Shown here: one piece after another, positions 37,921-47,300 of the stretch | Layout of the letters: every line of letters starts with the position of its first letter | How positions within the stretch are numbered: the stretch's first letter is position 1 | Assembly: GCA_041576165.1 (NCBI GenBank) | Contig: JBFGLM010000003.1 | Location: 84,839-148,838 of the forward strand | Direction: 5' to 3' | DNA length: 64,000 bases | From: Acidimicrobiia bacterium | GTDB lineage: Bacteria > Actinomycetota > Acidimicrobiia > Spongiisociales > Spongiisociaceae | Translations under genes and position numbers: made by a program | Notes under the pieces: model-generated | Told to the model about the DNA's origin: nothing | Databases searched by the model: none | What the model saw: the letters and a program-made list of their open reading frames with translations, nothing else

Positions 37921-38954
37921 AGTTTCGGACCGCCGAGGAGCTGCTGGCGGCGGGGCGCAATGCCTTGCCGGCCGTTCTCGCGGATCACATCGCGGCGGGC
38001 GCGGGTGACGAGAGCACCGTGGCGGCCAATCGGGCAGCGCTCGGGCGGGTTGGTCTGGTCCCGTCCGTGGCGACGGGGGTGGGACAGGCGTCATCGGCTA
38101 CCGACCTATTGGGCGTTCCGCTGGCGGTGCCCGTGCTGACCGCGCCGATGGGCCCGGTAGAGCTGATCGACCCCGGCGGGGCGGTGTCGGTCGCGCGAGG
38201 CGCAGCGGCGGCCGGCATCGCGACGATCGCGGCGCTCACGTCGGCTCCGGTCCTCGAGGAGGTAGCCAAGGTCGAGTGCCCCCTGCTGTTCCAGCTCTAT
38301 TGGTGGGGGAACCGGGACTGGATCTCCCGCATGATCGAGCGGATCGAAGCCGCCGGCGCCGCGGCCGTGGTCATCACCGTGGACGCACCCGCCTACGGCA
38401 CCCGGCGGCGCGACATGGAGAACAGTTTCGACCACCACGGCCAGATGGTCATGCCGAATCTGGCCGGCGCGCCCGCCGAGCGGGCGGAACGGCTGGCCCA
38501 CCAGGCCGCATTCCATTGGGACGATCTCGAGTGGCTGTGCTCGAGAACCCGTTTGCCGACCGTGGTCAAAGGGATTCTGTCGGCCCGCGATGCCCGCAGC
38601 GCAGTCGAAGTTGGTGCGGCTGCGATATACGTTTCGAATCACGGTGGACGCGCCCTGGCCGGTCAGGTCGGCACGGCCGACGCACTGGAGGACGTAGCGG
38701 AAGCCATCGGCGCGATGGTGCCGATCATCGTCGACGGAGGCTTCAGGACGGCGGAAGACGTCGCCAAGGGGCTTGCGCTGGGGGCGACCGCCGTGGCGCT
38801 CGGGCGGCCGGTGGCGTGGGCGCTCGCCGCCGGCGGCGCTGACGGCGTCGGCGAGTTCGTGAACCTGATCGGGGAGGACCTCCGCACGGCTCTCACCATT
38901 CTGGGCGCTCGCACGCCCGTCGCACTGAGTCATCGACACGTTCGCGCAATCTGA
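37917..38954 (+). CDS. FMN-dependent alpha-hydroxy acid oxidase/dehydrogenase
   Basis: TVD, VVKG, SNHGGR, DGGFR and GRP motifs. Confidence 0.92.
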   Translation: MKFRTAEELLAAGRNALPAVLADHIAAGAGDESTVAANRAALGRVGLVPSVATGVGQASSATDLLGVPLAVPVLTAPMGPVELIDPGGAVSVARGAAAAGIATIAALTSAPVLEEVAKVECPLLFQLYWWGNRDWISRMIERIEAAGAAAVVITVDAPAYGTRRRDMENSFDHHGQMVMPNLAGAPAERAERLAHQAAFHWDDLEWLCSRTRLPTVVKGILSARDARSAVEVGAAAIYVSNHGGRALAGQVGTADALEDVAEAIGAMVPIIVDGGFRTAEDVAKGLALGATAVALGRPVAWALAAGGADGVGEFVNLIGEDLRTALTILGARTPVALSHRHVRAI

Positions 38955-38961
38955 GGAGGCA

Positions 38962-39624
38962 ATGATGCCCATAATCGATTTGACGGCAGAGCTGAGCGAG
39001 AACACCTACAGCCCGCCATCGGTCAACGTGCCGCTGGGCGTCACGGTATACACCAAGGAACCGGACTGGATTGCGACCAAAGTCGACATGATGTTGCACG
39101 CCGGTTCGCACGTGGACTTCTCCAGGCACTACCGGGCCGACGGCGAATGCGCCGAGGACGTGGAACTCGATCGGGTGTGCGGACCGGCCATCGTGGTGGA
39201 CGTGAGCGACATCGAGCCGGATTCGCCCATCACACCGGAACTCCTGCGCGAGCGGTCACCCGAGTTCGAGCGCGGCGATATCATCCTGGTCCGCACCGGC
39301 TGGTCCGATGTGGCCTGGGGTGATTTTCCCCGCTACTACGTCGAGTCGCCGTGGTGCGAACCGGCCGCTGCCGAGTGGTTGGTGTCACACCGACCTAAGG
39401 CGGTCGGATTCGATTGCTTCAGTGAACAGGCGGCGCGCTGGTCGGACTACAACGCAGAGGATTTCCACATCCATCGCATCATCGGAGACTCCGGCGCCAT
39501 CCTCATGCAGCAACTGACGCGTCTCGATCAGCTGCCCATCGGCGAACGCGTCCAGTTCTACGCCCCGTTCCTGGCGGTCCGTGGGGCGGAAGGGGCCCCG
39601 GCCCGCTTCTTCGCGGTCATCTGA
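38962..39624 (+). CDS. Second cyclase family amidohydrolase
   Basis: HAGSHVDFSRH, GDIILVRTGW and GAEGAPAR motifs. Confidence 0.88.
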   Translation: MMPIIDLTAELSENTYSPPSVNVPLGVTVYTKEPDWIATKVDMMLHAGSHVDFSRHYRADGECAEDVELDRVCGPAIVVDVSDIEPDSPITPELLRERSPEFERGDIILVRTGWSDVAWGDFPRYYVESPWCEPAAAEWLVSHRPKAVGFDCFSEQAARWSDYNAEDFHIHRIIGDSGAILMQQLTRLDQLPIGERVQFYAPFLAVRGAEGAPARFFAVI

Positions 39625-39647
39625 GCCGAGCAGCACCAGCTGCGGGT

Positions 39648-39935
39648 TCAGGCACCAAACTCCTCGATCAGGATCGCCCAGCCCTCGGAGTTCTCCGTCC
39701 GCAAGGGCAAGATCTCCTGGTACTCAGGCGAGTAGTACCACGCGTCGAAATCGTCGCGTGACTCGAACTCCAAGACGACCGTCCGGTTGCGAGGTTCACC
39801 CTCGATCACCTCTCCCGGACCTGCCAGCACGCGACGGCACAGGCCCTCCTGAGTTGCGCCAACCAGCTTTGGGTATTCTGCGTATCCGTCCGGGTTGGTG
39901 ACCGAGTAGTTCGTCACGAAGTACCACTTGCCCAT
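39648..39935 (-). CDS. DUF1330 family protein
   Basis: VVLEFES...WYYSPEYQ...R pattern. Confidence 0.85.
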   Translation of the reverse strand: MGKWYFVTNYSVTNPDGYAEYPKLVGATQEGLCRRVLAGPGEVIEGEPRNRTVVLEFESRDDFDAWYYSPEYQEILPLRTENSEGWAILIEEFGA

Positions 39936-39938
39936 CGC

Positions 39939-41027
39939 TCACGCCTCCAGACTCGACTCATCGACCATCACTCCGAGGCCCGGTGCAGTCGGGACCATCC
40001 ACCCGCCTTGCTCCGGCCAGCGCGGTTCGGTGACGACATCATCCGCCAGGCCCTGGTTGGCCGGGCTGGCGCCGTAGTGAATGCGGTGCATGGCGGCCGC
40101 GCAATGCACGTTTGCCATCGCCGCCACGCTCGACTCGGCGATCTTGCCCGCCAAGTTGATGTGTAGCCCGAGCAGATCGCACAGGGTCGCACCCCGCATC
40201 ACTCCGGTGATCCCTCCCAGCTTCACGAGTTTGAGACTGACTCCGGCCACCCCGGTGCCGCCGAAGGCCATCACGTCGCCGAACGTGTGGACGCTCTGGT
40301 CGGCGCAGATCGGGATCGGCGAGCGCTGCGCCACTCGCACCATCGCAGCGTGATCACCCTGCGGGATGGGCTGTTCGATGAAGCGAATCGGCAGTCCGGC
40401 GAGGCGATCCAAAAACGCCACGGCCTGGGGCTCGGACCATCCCTGGTTGGCGTCGCCACAGATCACGGTGTCGTCGGGCAAGGCGTCCGTGATCGCCCGC
40501 ACCTCTTCGAACTCTGTGTCAGTGTCGGCGATGCCGAGCTTGATCTTGAACCAGCGAAACCCGGCGTCGTACTTGGCACGGGCGGCCTCGGCATCCGCGC
40601 TGGGATTGCCGCTGCCCACCATCGTCAGCGCCGGAACGAACTCGCGGTTCGCTCCTCCGATCAGTTCGGACACCGGCACCCCGTAGTGGTGTCCGGCGAG
40701 GTCGTGCAGCGCGATGTCGATTGCGCCGATCGCGGTGTGGTTGCCGTAGATCATCTTCTGCATTGCGAACCACAGTTCGGTTCGTCGGAGCGGGTCCTCG
40801 CCGACGATTCGCGGGCCGAGAAAATCGAGCGCGTCGCGAATGCGGTTCTGCGTTTCACCGGTGAGGTCGGTGGCTTCCACGCCTTCGCCCCAGCCGACCG
40901 TGCCGTCGTCCGCTGTGACCTTGACCAGCACATTGTTCGATTGCTCGATCGTGATGTGCGCCATCTTTATCGGCTTGGCCAGGGGCACGGCGATGGGAAA
41001 TGTGTCGACGGTTGCGATCTTCATCAT
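39939..41027 (-). CDS. Enolase superfamily, muconate lactonising enzyme/dipeptide epimerase-like
   Basis: GWGE, FKIK, DANQ, IEQP, ADQS and KLVKLGG motifs. Confidence 0.9.
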   Translation of the reverse strand: MMKIATVDTFPIAVPLAKPIKMAHITIEQSNNVLVKVTADDGTVGWGEGVEATDLTGETQNRIRDALDFLGPRIVGEDPLRRTELWFAMQKMIYGNHTAIGAIDIALHDLAGHHYGVPVSELIGGANREFVPALTMVGSGNPSADAEAARAKYDAGFRWFKIKLGIADTDTEFEEVRAITDALPDDTVICGDANQGWSEPQAVAFLDRLAGLPIRFIEQPIPQGDHAAMVRVAQRSPIPICADQSVHTFGDVMAFGGTGVAGVSLKLVKLGGITGVMRGATLCDLLGLHINLAGKIAESSVAAMANVHCAAAMHRIHYGASPANQGLADDVVTEPRWPEQGGWMVPTAPGLGVMVDESSLEA

Positions 41028-41052
41028 TGTCCTCCGGATTGGGCGGGCCAAC

Positions 41053-41069
41053 CGATCCTATAGGATGCA
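41053..41069. promoter_or_regulatory. Putative operator (reverse complement TGCATCCTATAGGATCG)
   Basis: Perfect palindromic core ATCCTATAGGAT between divergent starts at 41027 and 41099. Confidence 0.75.
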
Positions 41070-41098
41070 GGACTTGGGCTCCGAGAGGAAGAGGCGAC

Positions 41099-41989
41099 GT
41101 GAAACTGGTCACGTTCATCACCGACGATGCTGCCTCGGCGGCCATCGGCATCCTTCATGACGATGGTTCGATCACCGATCTAGCCACAGATCCGACGCTG
41201 CCGACAACGATGGTTGACTTCGTTGCGCTGGGTCAAAAAGGCCTTGATGCCACCGGCGCGGTAGTGGCCTCCGGTTCCGTCATCCCGGCCCGCCGGGTGA
41301 AGCTGCTCGCCCCGATCCGGCCCCGCAACAACATCATGGCGGTCGGCCGCAACTACCGCGACCACGCGCAGGAGTTCACCGAGAGCGGCTTCGACGCGTC
41401 AGAAGTGAAGATGATTCCCGACTTCCCGATCATCTTCACCAAGGCCACGACCAGCATCGTCGGCCCCGGCGAACCGATCGATATCTCCAACGACCCGCTC
41501 AACAGGAGCGACTACGAGGGGGAACTCGGAGTGATCATCGGTCCGGGAGGTAAGCGTATTTCACGCGATGAAGCGTGGAACTACGTCTACGGTTACACCG
41601 TCATCAACGACGTGACCGCCCGTGAACTGCAAAAGCGGCACGTGCAGTTCTTCATCGGCAAGAGCCCAGAGACCTATTGCCCGATGGGGCCGTGCATTGT
41701 GACCCGCGACGAGATTCCCGACATCACCGCCGCGCGTCTGCGCACTCTGGTCAACGGAGAGTTGCGCCAGGACGCGCAGATATCGCAATTGATCTTCGAC
41801 ATCCCGCGGCTGATCGAGACGCTCTCGGATGGGATACGGCTCGAGCCGGGTGACATCATCGCCACCGGCACGCCGGTCGGTACCGGCATGGGACTCGACC
41901 CTCCCGTGTATCTCGAGGACGGCGATGTGATCGAGGTCAGCGTGGACGGCATCGGTACGCTGCGTAACCCTGTCGTGGTCGGAACCTGA
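41099..41989 (+). CDS. Fumarylacetoacetate hydrolase family protein
   Basis: GRNY..H, DYEGEL, NDVTAR, GKS and GDIIATGTP motifs. Confidence 0.93.
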   Translation: MKLVTFITDDAASAAIGILHDDGSITDLATDPTLPTTMVDFVALGQKGLDATGAVVASGSVIPARRVKLLAPIRPRNNIMAVGRNYRDHAQEFTESGFDASEVKMIPDFPIIFTKATTSIVGPGEPIDISNDPLNRSDYEGELGVIIGPGGKRISRDEAWNYVYGYTVINDVTARELQKRHVQFFIGKSPETYCPMGPCIVTRDEIPDITAARLRTLVNGELRQDAQISQLIFDIPRLIETLSDGIRLEPGDIIATGTPVGTGMGLDPPVYLEDGDVIEVSVDGIGTLRNPVVVGT

Positions 41990-42000
41990 CCCCGGTTGCA

Positions 42001-42585
42001 TCATGCGGTGGCGATTGCGGTCTCCCGGCCCGCCACCTTCCATTGAGCGGTGACCGATGTGCCGGCATCCCGGAAGAGGTTCATGACCGGGCAGCGGGTC
42101 TCGACGTTGCGGGCCAGCTGGCGGACCCGATCATCCGATTCGTCGGTGTGGATGACGATCTCGACATCGATGTGCTCGAAGTACGGGCGCACGCCGGCAA
42201 CCCCCCGCGGGCCGCGCAAGTCGAAGATTCCGCCGGCGTTGAAGTCGACCCCCTCGTACTCGAAGCCCATAGCCGCGGCCACGCCATGCAGAATTGCGCC
42301 TTCACAACCCACCAACGACGCCAGGAGATTCTCGAAGGGAGTAGGAGCAGTGTTGGTGCCTCCCGATGTGGCCGGCTCGTCCGTCGCCACGACGTCGAAG
42401 TCCCGAATCTTGACTTCGGTCCGGGTGCCGCCGAAGTTCACTCCGACCACGTCCCGAAACGTCTGCTTACGGGTCGTCGGGTCGATGGTGGGTTCGATGA
42501 TATCGGCGGCATCAAAGGTGCGTTTCCAGGACGGGTGAAAATCGCTGGTCGTGTCGACTTTTGGGGCATTGACTGAATCCTGCAT
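42001..42585 (-). CDS. OsmC family protein
   Basis: DEP...GG...PTP.E.LLASLVGC...RCPV; leaderless TACACT-N7-ATG. Confidence 0.88.
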   Translation of the reverse strand: MQDSVNAPKVDTTSDFHPSWKRTFDAADIIEPTIDPTTRKQTFRDVVGVNFGGTRTEVKIRDFDVVATDEPATSGGTNTAPTPFENLLASLVGCEGAILHGVAAAMGFEYEGVDFNAGGIFDLRGPRGVAGVRPYFEHIDVEIVIHTDESDDRVRQLARNVETRCPVMNLFRDAGTSVTAQWKVAGRETAIATA

Positions 42586-42591
42586 GATGCA
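42575..42591. promoter_or_regulatory. Putative operator (reverse complement TGCATCATGCAGGATTC) over the osmC-like start codon
   Basis: Motif match directly downstream of the -10 element. Confidence 0.55.
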
Positions 42592-42642
42592 AAGTGTACG
42601 GCAATCAGGCGGCGCCCAGCCGGACGCCCTACGATTCGGCCG

Positions 42643-43836
42643 GTGATCGTGGAAGTCGTTGCAGTCGGTACCGAACTCCTCATCGGCCAGATCGTCAACT
42701 CGAACGTGGCGACCATCGGCCGCCGGCTGGCCGATGCCGGTTTCGACGCCCATTTCCAGACGACGGTCGGCGACAACCTCGAGCGGCTGACGGACGCTAT
42801 TCGCCTCGCAGCCCGCCGGGCCGACGCCGTGATCCTCACCGGCGGGATCGGCCCCACGCAGGACGACCTCACCCGGGAGGCGATCTGTGCGTTTGCCGGC
42901 AGGAAGATGGCCCGTGACTCCGAGCATGCGGACGCCATCCGCCGCCGCATCATGGCTACCCGCGGGTCCGTCAGCGAGAACGTCCTCCGCATGGCCGACT
43001 ACCCGGAGGGCTCGACACCCCTGCTGAATGCAAAGGGTGTTGCCCTCGGGGTTGCGCTCGAGCACGACGGGAGTTGGGTGTTCGCGCTGCCGGGCGTGCC
43101 CCGGGAGATGGAGACCATGCTCGACGAACAAGTGATGCCGCGGCTGCGGGCCGCCTCCGGCGAACCGGCCGTGCTGAAGAGCAGGGTCTTGCGCACATGG
43201 GGTTACGGGGAATCGCAGATATCCGAGATGCTCGACGACCTGTACGCATCAAAAAATCCGTCCGTTGCATTCCTCATCCGCGATTCTGAGGTGCGGATCC
43301 GGATCAGCGCCAAGGCGGAGACCGAGCGAGAAGCGTCCGCAATGATCCGCAAAGTGGAAGCGGTTGTCGAGGAGCGTCTCGGCGAGGCGATCTTCGGGCG
43401 GGATGACGACACGATCGAGGTTCTGCTGGTCCGAATGCTGCGCGAACGAGGCTGGCGCCTGGGAACAGTGGAGACATCCACGCTGGGGACGGTCGGCACC
43501 CGCTTGGCGACAGCCAGCGGGGGCAGGGACGTGTATGCCGGGAGCGTCACCTTGGGTGGTAGCAGCCTCGAGCTCGCGGACGACGACGCAATCGCTCTGC
43601 TCGGCTGGGGGCCGCTGGGAGCGGATCTCGTGGTGGCGACGGGCGAGATCCTGGGAAGCATGGACGGACCGAACTCCACCCGGCGGGTGGGAGTGGCCGT
43701 TCGCACTCCCGACGGCGTGGTCAGCCGGTCGATTCGGTCGCTGGGCGACGACGAACGGGCTCGGCGTTTCGCCGTCAACGGAGCGCTGCACGTGGCCCGT
43801 CTGGCGATGAGCGGGGCCGAGGACCAGGCGTCGTGA
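42643..43836 (+). CDS. cinA: CinA family protein (MoCF/ADP-ribose pyrophosphatase-like domain plus degenerate PncC domain)
   Basis: VGTELLIGQIVNSN, TGGIGPTQDDLT, LPGVPREM and GESQI motifs. Confidence 0.9.
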   Translation: MIVEVVAVGTELLIGQIVNSNVATIGRRLADAGFDAHFQTTVGDNLERLTDAIRLAARRADAVILTGGIGPTQDDLTREAICAFAGRKMARDSEHADAIRRRIMATRGSVSENVLRMADYPEGSTPLLNAKGVALGVALEHDGSWVFALPGVPREMETMLDEQVMPRLRAASGEPAVLKSRVLRTWGYGESQISEMLDDLYASKNPSVAFLIRDSEVRIRISAKAETEREASAMIRKVEAVVEERLGEAIFGRDDDTIEVLLVRMLRERGWRLGTVETSTLGTVGTRLATASGGRDVYAGSVTLGGSSLELADDDAIALLGWGPLGADLVVATGEILGSMDGPNSTRRVGVAVRTPDGVVSRSIRSLGDDERARRFAVNGALHVARLAMSGAEDQAS

Positions 43837-44324
43837 AGCTGCAGTTCTATACGATCGAGCGGCCCGGTCCCGGAACTCTCTCCACCATGGGCCGGCCGCC
43901 TGGCGACCTCTGGCTGCGGGAACACATGGCGGGGCTGGCCAAGGCCGGCATCACCACCATCGTTTCCATGCTCATGCCGGAGGAGGCATCGCGGCTTGGA
44001 CTCTCCGCGGAAGACAACCTGGCAGTCGACTGCGGCCTCGAATTCCTGTCGGTGCCGCTGCCCGACCTGAGCGTCCCTTCCGACGACTTGATCGAGCCGA
44101 GCGCATGGATCCGGGCCAACCTGCATCGGGGCGGGCACGTGCTCGTGCACTGTCGGGCCGGGATCGGCCGCTCGTCTTTGATGGCCGCCACGGTTCTGGT
44201 GGACGAAGGCTTCGCTCCCGACGCGGCGTGGGCGGCCGTCTCAAAAGCCCGGGGCATGGCGGTGCCCGACACCGGCGGACAACGGCGCTGGCTCGCGGCC
44301 CGGGCGGCTCGGACGCCGGACTGA
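43833..44324 (+). CDS. Dual-specificity/tyrosine phosphatase family protein
   Basis: HCRAGIGRS P-loop; VPDT..Q. Confidence 0.9.
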   Translation: MKLQFYTIERPGPGTLSTMGRPPGDLWLREHMAGLAKAGITTIVSMLMPEEASRLGLSAEDNLAVDCGLEFLSVPLPDLSVPSDDLIEPSAWIRANLHRGGHVLVHCRAGIGRSSLMAATVLVDEGFAPDAAWAAVSKARGMAVPDTGGQRRWLAARAARTPD

Positions 44325-44381
44325 CCGGCGCAGCGCCGCCTCTTCTTACGGACCCGGCCGTGCCGCCGACATTGTTGTTTG

Positions 44382-47300
44382 ATGACCGCCACAGAGCCGC
44401 CCGAGCCGCGGCATACCGTTGTCCTCGTTCACGGCCCGAGCAGCGTCACGAAATCGGCCGTGAAACGGCTCAAGCGCGTGCTGGGCGGAGCGGCCACGAT
44501 CTCCCTGGTCGCGGCCGCGCCGGATGCCGAGCCGGTGGTACGACGGCTGGCCGGGCCCGATGTCGGCGCGGCACCCGGATCGGGGCGAACGGCACTCGAC
44601 CGGCGGCTGGAGTCCTACGGTGACGGACAGGTGCTACTGGTCCACGACGACGTCTCGGTGGATGAGGGGGCGCTCACCGAACTGAGCCGCGTCGCCCGCC
44701 GGACCGGTGTCCCGGCCGGCCCGCTCGTCCCCAAGACCGATCGAGCCGCCGGATATTGCCTGGTCGGTCGGCCGCTGGACCTTGTGGCGCTACCGCTCAT
44801 TCTCGGCGATTCGGCGCCGACACTGTCCCCGGCGCTGGCAGTCGGGGTTGCCTCCCAGGTACGACACGACGAACGCTGTGCGCCTGCGAAGCTGTCGGCC
44901 CGGCCGCTCGTCACTGCCTCATTGATCGTGCGGGACGAGGAGCACATGCTGGGCGAGTGCCTGGCCTCCCTCGACGGGTTCGCCGACCGGGTCGTCGTAT
45001 GCGACACCGGCTCGGTCGATCGGACCATGGAAATCGCGCGCACGTCCGGCGCTGAAGTAGTGAGCTGGCGGTGGGAGGACGATTTCGCAGCAGCCCGCAA
45101 TGTCGCGCTGGACCACGCTCGGGACAGCACCTGGGTCCTGTGGATTGACGCCGACGAGCGCCTGGTCTGTGTCGACCCGGTCGCTGCCCGACACGCGCTC
45201 GCAGCAGCTGAGGGCGCGCCCGAATCCTGGCTGTTGGAGGTCGAAAGCACCCGGTCCAACGGGCCGACCAGCATCGGGACCGCCCAGCGCTTGTTCCGAC
45301 CCGCAGGGCTGGGATTCGTGGGCGCCATCCACGAGGAGCTACGCCGGTTCGATGGCGGTGTGCCGTTGCACCGGCGTCTGCCTCACGTACGGATCGCGCA
45401 CCTCGGATACGACCACACCCTCTGCGACCTCGCAGCCAAAGCGAGCCGCAACGTCGCGATCGCCCATCGTGCGCATGCCATGGCGCCCACCACCAAGACC
45501 GCTCTCGACCTCGCGCGCTCGCTGGCGTTCGACGGGCGCTCGCTCGAGGAGCTGCAATCCGTCCTCGAAACGGGTCTGGGGCTCGCAGACGCGTCCGATC
45601 CAATTCGCGCCGAGCTGCTGGCGCTCAAGGCCCGGCAAGAGCTGCAGCTCGACCAGACGGAGAAGGCTTTCGCCAGTGCCCGGGGCGCGCTCGATCAGGC
45701 TCCCGGCAACGATGTTGCGGCCGCGGTGTTTGCGAAATCGGCGGTGGCGCTCGGCCGGGATGCCGACCTCGTCGAGGTAATGGCCCGACCGCGGGGCGGC
45801 GATGGGATACGAGTACCGCAGAATCGGGCCGTCGCGCTCGCCCACGCCGCCGGCGCCGCCGCTCGGCTGGCCGACGATGACCGGGCGGCCGCATGGCTCG
45901 GATCCGCTCACGACCTGCTGGGCGGCGCGGAGGACCGGTGGATGACGCTGCTCGACGCCCTCGGCGACGTCGCGCCCGAGGCAGCCCGCCGCGCGGTCGA
46001 CCGGTTGGAGTATGTCGACGAACAGGCGGTCCACTCCGCCGCGTTGCGGCTTTGGGGCGCCGACCGAGCCCGTGCCTTGCGCCCGCGGTCCGCCGAGGAA
46101 CACCCGCTTGCGACGGGCGGAATCACCTTCTCTTTCGGGGCGCTGCGGCTGCCTGTACCCGATGAGATTCTCGCCGCGTGGATTCCCCCCGGCCGCCGGA
46201 TACTGGACTGGACCGGGAACCCCCAGCTCACCGAGCGGCTACGAAAGCGAGCCGCCGAGCTGGATACGGTGGGAGCCGACGACTTGCCGGACACGCTGCA
46301 CGCAATGGCGGCGGCCGGCGGACGGGTGGATGTTGCTGTGGGGGGCGTTGCCCCACGGGATGTCCCGAGCCTGTTGCCATTGTTGCGGGCGGTGCTCGAT
46401 CCAGCCGGCATGCTCGCCATCTGGGAAGTAGACGAGGCTGGCAACATCCCGGCCGCGACCGGAGCGGCGGATCGGGGCCGGATAGACCCTGCGCTCCTGA
46501 CCGGTCATGGGTTCATGCCGGAGGCGCCGGCACCGGGCGATGTCATCGCCGCCCGCCCCACCTGGGATGCCGGCACCTTCACAGCTCCGCGAGTAGCCGC
46601 CACAAGCACTGTATGGGTAGCGAGCCCCGAACCGTTGCCAGACCAGATGCGGCTGGCCTACAGAGCGTCGATTCCGGGCAACCAGGAGGTCGAGTTCGTC
46701 CCGGAGCGCCGGTTGACTGAGCTGCCCGCAGCCGATCCGGTGTTGGTGACCGATGCACACGTGATGCCCGATCCGCGGTGGATTCAGGCCGCGCTCGACG
46801 CGTTTGCGGCCGAGCGGGGACCCGTCGGCATCCGCCTGATCGATCGCGCGGGGACGGTGGTGCAAGCGGGTGCTACACCAGACGGGCGCATGATCGGCGC
46901 CGGCGAAGACGCAGCAGCACCCATCGTGCAGTCCGACCTCCGAGACGTGCGGCTCCGGACCCCGTTCGTGGCCGCCGCCGGGACCCTTACGCGCGATTCC
47001 GACGTCGGCGGCCGCCTCCTCGCCGCACCGGTAGCCGTTGCGCTCTCCCCGCACCAACCGGTCGGCCGGGGAGTGGCGATCACCGAGATGTACGGCGACA
47101 CGGCACTGTTCCTGGGAGGACCCGCCCCTGGTCGTGAACACCCGGAAGAATCGGCTGCGCTCGACAAGATCTTCGACCGCCTCCTCGAGGCGGGAATCAC
47201 CCCGGTGTACCAGTGGGAGCCGGGGCAGTCACCGGACCCGTACGTACTGCACCGCTGGCGGCGGAGGGGCGTCGTCGTGTTCGATCCGTCGCCGATGCGG

